A stretch of 53,747 bases of DNA from Catajapyx aquilonaris (Eukaryota): contig JYFJ02002622.1 in NCBI GenBank assembly GCA_000934665.2, positions 1-53,747 of the forward strand, read 5' to 3'. How positions within the stretch are numbered: the first letter of the stretch is position 1; every line of letters begins with the position of its first letter. The translations under genes were made by a program, and so were the position numbers. Below the pieces are notes generated by a model. The model was not told the DNA's origin. It worked only from the letters and a program-made list of their open reading frames with translations, and made no database searches. Of the stretch, positions 11,548 through 23,952 are shown one piece after another.

Positions 11548-12986
11548 TATTACGAATTATTATAGTAAAACCTTATCGGGTAATTCCACTGTAACTGGCG
11601 CAACCTTACGAAAGGGATTGCTGTACATAATATTATTTATTGAAATGGCGGATACGAATGGAAAATATACTAAAAATCATTCCTATGTGACTGGCTCCTG
11701 GTAACATCTTGCAATACTTTAGAATTTTCCAATAGTAACTTGAATGAAGTCTGCATAATATATTCATACGAGTTAAAGTAACTGACGCAACACGGAAAGA
11801 GATAAGAGACTGCTACACGGACGAAAAAAACGAGTGTCTAACATTATTTTGTGAATGTGGTGATCTTTGAGCAGAACTGTGTTTTCCTGGTAAAAATTCC
11901 TTCAATATTATTTTGCTTTTATTGTCAATGTCCACTGATATCTAGATTTTATTACACTCCTCATATTTTGTTCCTTTATGGCATTAAATTAACTGAAGCA
12001 TTTCTATGTACGTTTGTTTTCTCGTTTTGTGAATTTTCCAACTTTCAAAAACCAACAACGTAAAGTATGAAATTCCTTTCTGAATTATGATTTGTCATGT
12101 AGTGAATGATTAGGTGCAGCCTGGGAAGAAGAGGGAGTTATACTGAGACCTGGGAAGTTGAGAACCACTGATCTACACAAAAGAAGGCCCAGCTGCGCTG
12201 GCAAGAAGACCAGGATATGCTAGGGTAAACAAACAGTCATTTAGGATAAAGACCTTATAGTTTATACTGCTATACTGTTGACAACAGTGTAACTGTAACA
12301 ACAAATGTACAATATTATTATTTTTGATTCAGCCATTTTAATATTGTACATTTTAAATCAAATATTACATAAGTTACAAAGTTACAACTCAGCCACCTAT
12401 AGGAATTCATCATTAGTCAAAATAATAATGTAATATGTAATTATTGAAGTGTTACAAAAGTAGGGAAACAAAATATACTGTAGACCTATCAGTTTAGTAT
12501 GGAACCTGTTTCTTATTACAACCTTCCAAAAGTAAGTACTCTTTGGCCATAAAAACATTTCTAGAAAGTATCATGTAGGAAATATGATCACATGCTGATG
12601 CGTAATTTTAGCTACTATTAGTCACAAACAATCATCAGGTCGATCTAAGCATTTTTAGAACCGTGAAACCATATTTTGTAAGCCTATATTATGCTGAGCA
12701 CTCTTGCCTCCAAACCTATTCTTTCTGTCTCTTGGTCACTCCATACAGTCTTTCTCCTGCCAACCTTTATTTAGAGGTGGAGAAACAAGTGAAGGTTACT
12801 CGGTGCATGGTCTGGACTATGGTCTGAGTGCTCGAAGATGCACCAGTTGAACTTTTGGAGGCTTTGAACTGCCATATATAGTTAGGCACTTTAGTTCATC
12901 CTTCTCCATCAATTCAAGTAAGCTTTTATAAACCAAAAAAACCAGTCCAGACCATGCCCCACACCTTCACTAGTTTAGGCACTTAC

Positions 12987-15900
12987 AGAAAATCTTCGGC
13001 TGTCTATAAAATAGAAAATGAACAAGAGACGAAGGAACACTTTTGCCATAAAGAGTGATCGACATAGGCGTACAAAATAATATGTAGTGCCACAATTCGA
13101 AAACTGTTTCGATCGACATCATGCTTATGTCTGATAGCATCTAAGAGGTGTTTCATCATGTGATGATGTTGAACTTCGTGAAAAAAAAATCCCTTTCAAA
13201 TAATATACGACCAAACAGTACTTACTTTTGGAATTCAGCAATATGTCTCTCATCAAGTTGAGTTATGACATGGGAGCTTTCCATACTGCGCTGTTCATGC
13301 TGGATATCTGAATCCATCCAAACTCATTTACAGATGTGAAGTTCACTTAATGAGCCTGGTAAACCTTTGCCAGCACCTTCCCCCAAAAATGGCGATCTGA
13401 CACAGCCAAGTAGTCTTCACGTTTGTCTGATAATAATAATTACTGTGTACTGCAATTTAGTGAAGATCCTGTGCAACTTCTGTGGACGGGAACTCCCCGA
13501 CTAAATAGGACTGCGCATATTTGTCTCCACCTCGTTTTCCGTCGCTTCTTCGTATCTCAGCTGCTGCTCATCGAATGAACAGCACAGAACGGCACCTTGT
13601 GAGGAACAAAAAAAACATATTACATATTTATAATACTGTATAAGCTAAAGCATTTTATAAATAGATTAGTATGTTCGTCATAAAATCGGCCCCAAATCGA
13701 AGGTTCTGTTTGTTCTGAGTAACACTAACGGCTTATAATGTTAGCTATGAACATCACATTTTAATTCCACTGTGATAAGCCCCCTCATAACTATACCCTT
13801 GTTTTTGTAAGACCATTTGAAATAGAAGAAAATATAACCTCCGCCAGGAATCGAACCCAGATCTCTCTCATCAGAAGAGAAGTGCTCTACCATTGAGCTA
13901 CAGAGGTTAGTTTCAACAAGTTTCAAAGTGGAGAATGCAAAAAGAAGAACGTAAACGTATACGTTCACCTGTCACCTTGACACCAGTTGGAACTGAAAGC
14001 TCTGAAATAACCTCTTCCAGGCTATGTCTCAGGTCCATATTCACAGACAATGCCTGGGAGAGGCTAAATCATCACTTCGTAAGTTGTCTTCAACAAACTC
14101 TTCTTTTACGCCAGTATCCCATGCAGAATAAGAGAAGGCTTCTGAAATACAATGAAAAACATGTTATAAGACACAACAATCTCATTCTTGATAACATAAG
14201 ACAATGTGAGGGGCAAGTACGCAATATTTTTGTAAAGTGAGCAACTTTTGTACTAGTGGAATCATAATACAGTTTACTGTATTTTAATTTTTTGTGCAGA
14301 CCTTATGTCGCACTCTAATGGCAAAGGAAGTGGTGTAAAGTAGTTTTTCTTTGCCTGCGTGTAACACGATGGCATTATCTTGCATTCGAACAGCTCGTCT
14401 CACGGATATCTCACCTGCCCCGAGCTCGTAAATAATATGGCACTATTCTCTAATGTCCTGAAGGGAAGGAAAAGATGCAACGGCATGCCAACCTTGTCCT
14501 CATCTTACAGATTGGGGTGGGGCTCTATTGACACTCAAAAATTAAAATGTTGTCCAGACTGTGGTCAAGACTATTTAGGGACTTATTCAAAATTCGATAT
14601 AATTAAAATTCAACATACTATTCAATATACATACAATACAAATTATTCACTATCTATTTTAGAAACTACAAATGCGCGTAAGTTAATAAAAAGAAATTTC
14701 ACTGTAAATTTACGTAACACTTGCATCAAATTCCTAAACAGGTAATTAATTATGTTATCAAAGTAGTAATCTTCCTTAACACACTGATCATAGATGGTGC
14801 ACAACAATGAATGGTCCCTAATGAATTAATTCTTGTTGTAGAGTTTCTTGCGATAAGCAGCTTCAAATGTTTCATAATTAGATTTCAAACTTTGTGTCGT
14901 ATCTAAATTAAATAATTAAAGGTCCTCTTCTTTATTCAATTTATAGCTTGCCATTTGGCAGCCCATCACAATATCCCGTTAATTATAACAAAATCCTGGA
15001 ACTTTCACCACTGCAACAAACAATAATGTTGCCAATTTTTATCTCCGTAGAGATCACCTGCATGAAATATCGCGAAGGTCGCCTCACATTAATTTTGTCG
15101 CAATATTTTTGAATATGAATTATGTGACGTGTTGACGTACTATAGCACAGAATTTTGATAGTTGTAATAATTGCTAACTCTTCCGTTACTTCATTCCGTG
15201 CTGTTGCACTATGCCATTTTTCTTAGCCTGCAATGTACTGTACTACGGCATATTAGCTAATCCTCTGGCCTTGACTGGTCTACTTGTAGGCAACCCGGAT
15301 GCACTTGCATTCCGGTACACCTTATGCCAAGTTCAAACTGATCACGGTCCCACTGCAACACGGTTTTTTTTACTATATTGCTATGCAGTTTGCCATACTA
15401 TAAAACCAGTGCTATTCGAAGTGAATATAATTGTTAAAATCAGCGCACTAATGTGTGTGTGTATTGGCCGAGCAATCAGTTTCTAAACATACGTTCATAT
15501 TGATGTGTAATAAAATTCGTATCTCAGAACTGTGTATCGTAAGTACGCCTGTGTTAAAATAAGTACAATATTTGGCGCGAATTACCATCGCAAAAAATTT
15601 GTTGCACAAGTGCATTCCAGTATGGACTTGACTTTGAGATCATGAGTACGGAATTTCCCCTAAAGCTCTCTCACGTTGGCTTCTCAAGCTGCTCACATTT
15701 TTTTATTGGCTAGACATAGAACACAGTCGAGGAGTATTTTTGTATGTGTATATTTAAGAGAACAAAATCTCACACTGAAGAGTTCATGTCAATATGATGC
15801 AAGTTTTCTAATCCTAGACATTACAAGTTAAATAAATATCATGCAATATTTTAGATAAAATTAAGGTCATAATGAACACAAACTATGGTTCGCATTGTGT

Positions 15901-18410
15901 CACTGCCAAATATTGGTTTAACTACATCACTATGTCTATTTTTGTCTGTGCATCACCATATTATGTGGCGATGAATTTGCATAAAAAGCTATTACACTGT
16001 AGAGGATACTAAAAAGCGGAAGTGATTGCTTTTTGATCTATCTACAGCTGGATATTGCTGAAGCATATAACTACTTCACAGCCTGTCACAATTAATAAAC
16101 AACAACAAATAGTACAATCAAGTCGGTTACAATGCCACTTTCATATTACCTAATTAAAACACCAAAGCAGTTAATGTGTCATACCGGCATTGAAATCACC
16201 TACCTATTCGCCGATGCATCACCTAGCCGGGCTCACATAAAGGTTCATTCACTGTAACCGACTGCATGCACCCCACCCCCTGCATCGTCCCTCCCAAAAC
16301 AAAAAACAAAAAAAACAAAAAATATGCAAAAACGAGAGGTGCGCTGCTGTCTCGTATGGAGTGTGGCGCACAAGTGGCCAAATCCTTACCGCTTCCATAC
16401 CCCCCAACCACCACTTCCCCATTTAGCCTTGAAGCACCTGGGATTTTCCTTTAGCAAAACGTGATGGAAGAATGTGGAAATGTGTGTTCTGTCGGTAGGG
16501 TTGGGGGAGGTGGGAGGATGGGGAGAAAGGCAAGAAAAAGACAATGAATGTCCTGCAAGAAGTGCATGGCCCCAACACCGTGTATATAAAAAGGGTGACT
16601 CCATGTCCGGATAGTGTGGCCAAGGTTATATGGTGCACCTACATACCCAATGCCATATTGTTCATGAGGTATGGGGTTTCCCAGCAATGGCGCCAATATA
16701 ACTGGAAGAGCCATCTTGACCCCGGACATGGAAGATTTTGGTAGGTCCTTGGGACGGTTCCAAAACCATGAAGGTTGTGAGTCACTCCAGTCACGCTCGC
16801 ATGACTGTACTTCCGTACCCCCAACAGACACAAAAAAAAACATTGTCTCGCGATTTAATTACGGTATTCCCCAGATGGTATGTGTGTATGTAGCTAATTC
16901 TGTATCACCCCATGATGGTATTCTACCAGTGTGCCAACTCGGTTCAACGTCTGCTCTGAAAGTCCTTCGCACAGATCCGGGTTCGTTCCAGGATGCACAC
17001 ATTATTTTTCCTTACCGCAGTCAAAACCAATGTCATTACCTTGGCATAAATATCACGTAAGAATCTGAACCCTCCTGCTATTTGGCTTGCGGGAGAAGTA
17101 CTATTGTGGTACCCCTTTTGATACTCGGAGTATAAAATGCCGGATCTTGCATTCCCTTAGCCCCCCCCCCCCTCGACCCTTACTGATGGTAATTACCTGA
17201 TATGACCATCGTCCTTCTGGTACCGAAAGAAGCGGAAACTTTCTACGTGGGCCACCCCCACCAACAAACAGGCCTTCGTCTGTAGAAAAGCAGGCAGAAG
17301 CAGCCACTATGCGACCTTGAGGAACAGCCGGTCTTTGCAAATGCCATCGGACTAGACATTGTTGTCCAATTGGTCTTGACACGTGCAATCCATCTTCATA
17401 CATTCGGTAGCGCGATTAATTGATCGGGTTGTTTTGTTTTATTCTATTGTTGATTGCAGGAAATTAATGCGGATGTACAGTACTTGCCTTTACATGAATA
17501 ATAACTGGGTAAAAATAAACAACTCAGTGCACAAAAAAACACGGTTGACCACTATATTCCGTGTGGGCCACACCCTACGTGAATCGAAAACCAGTAATAT
17601 TGTACATCCGCATTAATTTTCCTGGGTGATAACTTTTGGATTCTCATAGTCAATGACAGCAAGAAATCTATAGATAGGACAGTACACTCGTTCTGGTCAG
17701 CATATGTTCACTAACTTAACTATGAATTATTTATTGGACCGTAATTTCGCGCTGCATCTGCTGTGGTCATGCCACTGCAACAAGATGGGCAACAGGCAGA
17801 ACAAATTTGGCTTCTGGGCTTACGACTTGCATGTCGTTGACCACTCAGAGCGACCTTGCCCAATCCGGTCCCATGGCTGCTTCATTTATCAAGGTTTCAC
17901 TTTTCTCGTCATACAAAAACATCCCAGCAATGACGAGGTACAACGTGACGCATCCAGTCCTTACAAGAGCGTGGGAAGAATAGCGCAGGCGCCAGTATAG
18001 CTGAAGATGGTTCCTTCGGGAATCAAAAAAAGACCGGGACTTGGTTACGTCCTTGGCTGCTGGACACCGTTACCGCGCCGACCTTCGCCAAGGCGGCAGG
18101 ACTAGTGCGTTGGAATGCTAAGAATGAGCCCATGCATGTCCGGCATCTATCTAGGAGACCCCTTGTGCACACCTCATATGGCCATGCTTATGCTTTGAAC
18201 CGGCGCGGCGCTGTGAAAAATCCAGCACCAAGGACTGCAACCCATCCCAACTATTTTGTAATGGGTCGCTGTGTGGAGGAATGCTGCCGGCATCGGCAGG
18301 TACAGGTAGCTCACTTGGTAGTGACAATCAGGCACGTGGGGGTCCTTGAGAGGCGCCACGGAGCTTTGGCGCCTGATTGGGATTTAGCTTTCCTGGTGAA
18401 TTTTAAAAAA
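12987..18410 (-). pseudogene. Decayed multi-exon minus-strand gene relic, product unidentified
   Basis: A series of higher-GC blocks bounded by minus-strand AG/GT sites (12987-13003, 13226-13426, 13969-14141, about 14356-14457, 17197-17279), plus blocks at about 16550-16820 and 17740-18410. Translations are protein-like but broken by stops and frameshifts. Confidence 0.4.
13836..13908 (-). pseudogene. tRNA-like element (possible CTG anticodon loop), related to 1122-1195
   Basis: AACCTCTGTAGCTCAATGGTAGAGCACTTCTCTTCTGATGAGAGAGATCTGGGTTCGATTCCTGGCGGAGGTT: A and B boxes, paired acceptor ACCTCTG/CGGAGGT, and TTTT just downstream. Confidence 0.6.
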
Positions 18411-19320
18411 AGCAACAAAAAATAGTGGGGGTTGTGGTAGGGTTCTGGCATACTAACTAGTTCTCATTGCCCTGTTATGTAATTCGACAGCCAAGATGTA
18501 CTTACTGCCATAGTAAAATTGCGCTGAAGCATATCTGCCCTATTTAAGCCAGGTTCGTGAAGGCTAGCCATTACTACCCACTGTAGCCACCCCCATCATA
18601 TTAAAGATACTTCAAAGGCGTGGACAAGTTCAAAAAAAATTCTTTACATAACTGCTAAACTGTTGATCCAAAATATTTATTTCGTAGGACACTGTGCCAC
18701 TGTTATTCGATTCTTATCGGTCAAGATACGCATAGATTTACAAAAATGGATTCGTCACTGATTAATATCACTGTAGTCTGGCGGGATGTCCTAGAATCAA
18801 CAAATAGTTCACCTGGATTACAAAATAATAGTCTTAGACATTCTTATTCCAACCTGACTACTTGATGTAAATTACCAATTAAGAAGAATTCCGAAATCAC
18901 CACTGGCGTTTCCCCATGAGTCGATATCACATAATGGCTAATGTCACGCAATTTAGGCAATATGATGTGAGTATAATATCACCGTACGGTGCGGGAGGAA
19001 GGTCCATCAGTCCATCACAGTCGCGTGGTTTCACCTAAGATTAAGATTAAAATAGGCATATACCTGCCATGATATTTTATACGTTATGTTTGCAGCCTAT
19101 ATTATCGCGATAACGAGGATTCAGATTCCGTCCCTGGCAGACATATTATGCTCAGGACTCTTATTTCACGTGCATTAGGCCATTGAAATGCCTCTAAGGA
19201 AGAGAGAGATTACCGTGATTATATCAATACGGCATTTTTTCCCCTTCATTTTCATTATTGCCGCACACGAGTACCATAGATGATTTCCACTTCTGGTGGT
19301 TACAAATCCGGTAACTTCAA

Positions 19321-19624
19321 AATGAGGTTGTATGAGGTCCCGGCTGGTTCGCCAGCGACGGTACTCTCTTCCTCGAGCGGCCCTCGGACCAGACTCGCAT
19401 TTCTTGGTTGGACGGGGTGCTTGGGAGAATATCCCACCCCCGTCCCTGGGTTGGACCCGGCATTGCAGTACAGCCGGGGCCAGCCCTCCTCTCCCCCACC
19501 CTTCTCACCCACCCCTACCTTGCAATCCCACACCTTCCTCTCCTACCCCCGGCTGCCAAGGCTCGACTCAGACAGAGCCATACAAGCTGGGTAACCCTTC
19601 CTACCAACCAACCAACCAACCAAA
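19321..19624 (+). mobile_element. 5'-truncated non-LTR retroposon 3' end (LINE UTR or SINE) with (ACCA)n tail
   Basis: GC-rich insert ending in ACCAACCAACCAACCAA. 13-bp TSD CCGGTAACTTCAA at 19308-19320 and 19625-19637. Confidence 0.8.
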
Positions 19625-19713
19625 CCGGTAACTTCAACCACATGAGTCTGATAGTACTTTTTTTTAAACAATACAAACAAAATCATCATCAACAATTATA
19701 TTATGAATTAATA

Positions 19714-20015
19714 AGGCAGGCGGAGTGGCGCTGCTGTAACGCACGCGCCCACGGATGTGAAGGTCCCGGCTTCGATCCCAGCCCGGGGACACCCACTTCT
19801 TCACCAGAGAACATGTACACCGGAGATGTAGGTGTATAGGCACGCAGTAGCATCAAAAGCATCCAGGGCATAACAAGCTCAAGAATTACCTTCCATTGTA
19901 ATGCTGCAGATCGGGCCAAATTAACTGGTATTCCACGTATCCCCTGCAAGTGTTGCACGCGAACTCAATGGAGCAGCCCTTGTGTTTCAAAAGTGAGTGA
20001 AATGAATGACTGAAT
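19714..20015 (+). mobile_element. tRNA-derived SINE (head shared with 46119-46470), (TGAA)n-like tail
   Basis: Head GGCGGAGTGGCGC...CGCGCCCACGGATGTGAAGGTCCCGGCTTCGATCCCAGCCCGGGGACACCC is nearly identical to that at 46125-46200. Body and tail differ. Confidence 0.7.
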
Positions 20016-20519
20016 TAAAACGTGAGTCCCAGTGTTGTCTGATTGTGTGCCCTATAGTCTGCAGTGCAGTGAGATTGACTTGTGGTTATCTTTTAGAATA
20101 CAATTTAAAATATACAGTAGCTTAAATAGATTACTATTGACACTCTTATTTAAAAATAATAATATTGATCACGTTCAAAGCTGTAGCAAGCAGTTCAGAG
20201 GCATTCCATGCTTTAACCACACTGAGATTATGGTTCCACAATCCTGTTTACTGATCCCAATATTGAGGAAGCCATAGGAATTAAATTCAGTTGATTTCAA
20301 GTGGGACTGTAGTGAATGGTCAACAAGTAGAAGCGTGAGGTGTCCAGCAAGTGGTGTGCAACTGTGCAAGACAAATGCTGGCAACTAGGCCTACTATTTT
20401 TTCTTGTTGTTACTACTTCCTCTTCTCGGCCAGAGCTTGCATGGAGATGGGCCTACAGTACATATTTTAAAGACAAATAGTGAAGTAATAGTAAGTACTT
20501 GGTAGAATAGAGGTTGAGA

Positions 20520-20840
20520 ATGGACAGGGAGTTGAATCTACCTAACCCTAGTTCAGAATTTTTCATAAACCGCCAATTTAATCGGGTGGTAATAAGTATA
20601 TTCAGTGGAAAGAGAGAGCCATCACAGAGGTATAAAATTGGTGGCGATCTCACAGGTTCTGAACTATACCTGTTAAAAGCAATGGATAAACTGGCGACCA
20701 GAGTAAAAGCGACTCATGTAACGCATTCAGAGGTCTCTGAGGTGGGAGTACAAACCACCATCATAAGCATCCCACCAGATGAGGAGAACGACCCCTCTGT
20801 TCCAATGGACTTGATGGTCCAGATGGTAGATTTGGTGTGA
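20520..20840 (+). CDS. Intronless 106-aa ORF upstream of the glycoprotein-like ORF; putative viral or retroelement accessory/matrix-like fragment
   Basis: Open frame with globular-protein composition (MDRELNLPNPSSEFFINRQFNRVVISIFSGK...), on the same strand as and 88 nt upstream of the signal-peptide ORF. No recognised motif. Confidence 0.4.
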   Translation: MDRELNLPNPSSEFFINRQFNRVVISIFSGKREPSQRYKIGGDLTGSELYLLKAMDKLATRVKATHVTHSEVSEVGVQTTIISIPPDEENDPSVPMDLMVQMVDLV

Positions 20841-20928
20841 ATTCCGATAGGGAGAAGAAAAATTTAGAGGTTCGAAAATAATTTTTTGTGTGCAAAATAC
20901 TAAAATTTATACTTTCCAGAAAAACATA

Positions 20929-21249
20929 ATGAGAGTTTTTACGGCAATATTATGTACAACAGTGGTGTTGTCCAGCAGACTCAGCGAGGCCAATATTCCA
21001 GTGAAAGTTGTTACTGGAGTGTACTGGAAGGGACTTCCAAAAACAACCGTGTACGATGCCAGTATACCGTTGAAGTACATGGGTGAGTGGCCACAAATCA
21101 AAGATGAGTTTGATATGCGAAAAATAACAAGTATAGTGTGTCGGGATGAGTCAGACGGAAGGTGTTCGTCAGTCCAGCAAGTAATGCGTATTGGAAGGTT
21201 AATTTCACAAGCCATTTCGACTTTTTCCAGGTCAATAAAATATCAATAG
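20929..21249 (+). pseudogene. N-terminal fragment of a viral fusion glycoprotein / env-like protein (endogenous viral element candidate)
   Basis: Signal-peptide-like MRVFTAILCTTVVLSSRLSEA is followed by GVYWKGLPKTTVYDASIPLKY, then a C-x7-C loop and an amphipathic helix. This resembles the N-terminal layout of F/env-type fusion proteins. The frame ends after 106 aa with no TM anchor. Confidence 0.55.
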
Positions 21250-21442
21250 GTCAATATCATGAGGACAAAGTTAAGGCAAATAAGAGACTAAATTGAAAGA
21301 AAAATGTACGGGAACTGAAATAAATGATGTCAGGAATAATGACACAATTAAAATTTATTAGTATTGTTTTGGTCAAAATTTAACGCTTCACTTCTCAAGT
21401 GGAAGAGTTTGAGACAATAAAGATCTATATGGGGAGCTACAG

Positions 21443-21560
21443 TTTTTGTCAAGGGGGCACGAGTTCAGGCGTCACTTGAACCTGCACCATTCTGACGGAT
21501 TAAGCACACTACGGACGAGTGGTTTCGTCCGTCGTGTGACACCGCAGTTAGGGTTGCGGA
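21443..21560. other. Cluster of three GC-rich stem-loops
   Basis: GTTCAGG-cgtca-CTTGAAC; CACACTACGGACGA-gtggtt-TCGTCCGTCGTGTG; CCGCAGT-tagg-GTTGCGG. All sit in otherwise very AT-rich DNA. Confidence 0.6.
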
Positions 21561-21796
21561 AAGATAACAAGCACCTAATGATAATTGTTTTTAAAGTGTG
21601 AAATTTCGATTATTTTGAAAAATTGTTGTTATTTTAGAGAGTAATAACAGTCAAATAAACGAGGATGACCTCTCAAATAGAAAAGAAAAGATGATGACTG
21701 TTGAAATAAGATGAATAATTTGTTGGAAAGTTGTTTATTTATGTGAGTTATATTTTTGAATTTATGGAAAATTGAATGTTTTGATTTTGTTTGAAT

Positions 21797-21873
<77 letters not shown>
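21797..21873. repeat. (TAG)n microsatellite, about 25 units; 3' tail or target of the adjacent LINE
   Basis: Perfect trinucleotide run abutting the 3' end of the minus-strand LINE fragment. Confidence 0.95.
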
Positions 21874-22375
21874 TTTATTTCCATGAATGTGGTACAACAT
21901 ATATGGAAAGACTCTCCCCCTCTCTATAATACAATATTGCAAAATTTCAATTTCTTAATATTATTACTAGGCAATAAAAAATTATACAAGGCAAACAGTT
22001 TATGTGGCGGCATTTGAAAAAATAAAGTGTGTATTGCATCTATTGGTGCCTACTTTAGGGAAGTCTTTTATCATTTGGTCCCTGGCCTCTTCTACAAATC
22101 TGCATTCATAAATCATATGATATTTTGTATAAGTCTTACCGTTACACAATGTACAAATTTCTTCTTCATTAAACATCAGTCTATAATCTTGGATCCAGTG
22201 TAGGCCTACCCTTGAGTTATTCCTTAAGTTAGCTATAAAACGTGTTATTGTTGGTGGTAGTTCTTGGTGTAAATACTGCTCTTGGAGGTACCCGTTCGAT
22301 ATTTCCCAATAATAACTGTACGTATTGGACCTGCCAAGAGCTTGTCTGTCTTCTTCTATTGTAATATCCACCGAT
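21874..22375 (-). mobile_element. 5'-truncated LINE (ORF2 C-terminus with CCHC zinc finger and 3' UTR)
   Basis: Frame 22000-22371 encodes RFIANLRNNS...EICTLCNGKTYTKYHMIYECRFVEEAR, the CxxC-x7-H-x4-C motif at the end of non-LTR ORF2. AATAAA and a (CTA)n tail follow. Confidence 0.8.
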
Positions 22376-22849
22376 TTTGATTGAAAGGAACATGAGGTTT
22401 TGTGTTTTGATAATTTGGCAAATTTTAGTGGGTCAGGATTTGAATTTTGGAAAGTTTGTGTTGGAGAACATTGCAGTTTGAGTATGACATATTTGAGCTG
22501 TGGAATGATGAGTTACTTTGAATACGTCAGTTTGAATTTTACTTAATTGTGATGATTTTTTCGAAAGGATTTATCTTCGATAGTTTTATTTTGGTTTGAA
22601 GCTTGATGTGATTATGGAGGTTCAATCCATGACTCATTATGACATACTCGAAGTAGATGAAGAGTGACATTTGTTTTGTGGAGATAATTTTGAATGATTT
22701 TGAATTGAGTTTGAAGTGAGATGATCAGAATTCGTTTTGAATTCTAGTTTTTGAGTTTATGGATATTGATGATTTTGAGTTACAATGTTTGGATTGTGGA
22801 GAACTATCAGAGTGATTTTTTATTATCATCTTTTTGGTGTGGAGGTCTG

Positions 22850-23435
22850 TGTTGTCAGAGTGCTATGGGTGTATGGTCTGTGCTGTGTACAGGCGATTCC
22901 TGCAGAACATTTGGAGCGGTCGATGGACCTCGATGAATTGTTCCACACGGACAGGAAGTTGGAAGGATTGGTGTGGACGCGAACCAGCAATAAAAGGGAG
23001 CTTCACGAGACACACAAGAAGAGGTGAGAGAAGAGCAGAGATCAGAGAAGGAAGACATCAGAAGCAGACACAGTAACGAGAGAGGAGCAGACCTGAAGCA
23101 AGACACAGAGCAACCCACACCAGCCAAGATGTAGCAGCGAGACGAAGTCGAGCTACCCAGCAGAAGACAGCATAGTCTGAGTATATGTGTGATTGGATAT
23201 TTTGGGAGGATACCTTATGTATAGAGTTGTGAGCGTTTTCGATATATATTTGTAACAAAGGTGCTGTACTATCAGGGTGCTTTCCCCTATACATGGGATT
23301 ATTCCAAATAGAATAAAACACTTATTTACTTACTAACTGTAAAGAGTTGTGAATAAATGTAAATAGTAGTGGTCACAAGTCTAGTCAGTTGGAGTTCCCA
23401 GGCTACCCTTTCTGGCTAGGTCAAGCGAGTGTACA
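22850..23435 (+). mobile_element. LTR-like segment (solo or 5' LTR)
   Basis: Begins TGT and ends TGTACA. It has a TATA-like AATAAAAGGG followed by a purine-rich GA tract, two AATAAA near the 3' end, and PBS-like TGGGCGCCAA just downstream. No clean TSD. Confidence 0.4.
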
Positions 23436-23952
23436 CCTGTGGGCGCCAATTTAGGTATGATACGATAAATTTCCGCACCCTGTATACTGTAAATAGAACG
23501 AAGTGATTTGAGACCAAAAGACAAGTGAGTTGATCTGTTTCACACATTGACATTGGTGTTTCATGCACACTAGAAATGGTGATGACTGATGAGGCATCTG
23601 ATTGTGCCGCCTCATCCGAGATGATTAATCTTAGCCATTCACAGAATTCTCCTCACAGGACAGCTTTTTCAGTTGGAAAGCCAAAGAGACCAACTCTCCA
23701 AACCTTTTACAGTTCAGCTAGAAGAATGCAGAAAATATGGTTTCACTGAAGCAGAAAGGGTAACTTAATTGTTGCAAGTACACCACCCAGATTAATGAAG
23801 CCTGGTTAATTGACACAATATTACTGTTAGCTCTATAGAACTAACCTACTACAAAAGCTGAGGTGCATGTTTCAATAAAATTGCTTATGATATTTTTGGG
23901 ACTAAAATTATCCCAATGGCCTGTCGTTATACATAAAGAAACTGAGGCCAAC

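Noticed and set aside
16550..16820. Possible DEAD-box Q-motif/motif I exon that could complement the KH gene
   Set aside because: It lacks GxGKT and PTRELA, and it is on the wrong strand and upstream. The resemblance is superficial.
17985..18050. KSRSFLIPEGTIFSY resembling a gasdermin N-domain strand
   Set aside because: A single short motif in a stop-ridden frame is not distinguishable from chance.
21490..21565. Hammerhead ribozyme (CTGACGGA...GAAA; GGACGAAAC on the minus strand)
   Set aside because: Core spacing and stems I-III cannot be assembled on either strand. Kept only as a generic structured element.
21748..22017. Poly-Thr / poly-Ser ORFs
   Set aside because: They are translations of the (TAG)n microsatellite at the LINE tail.
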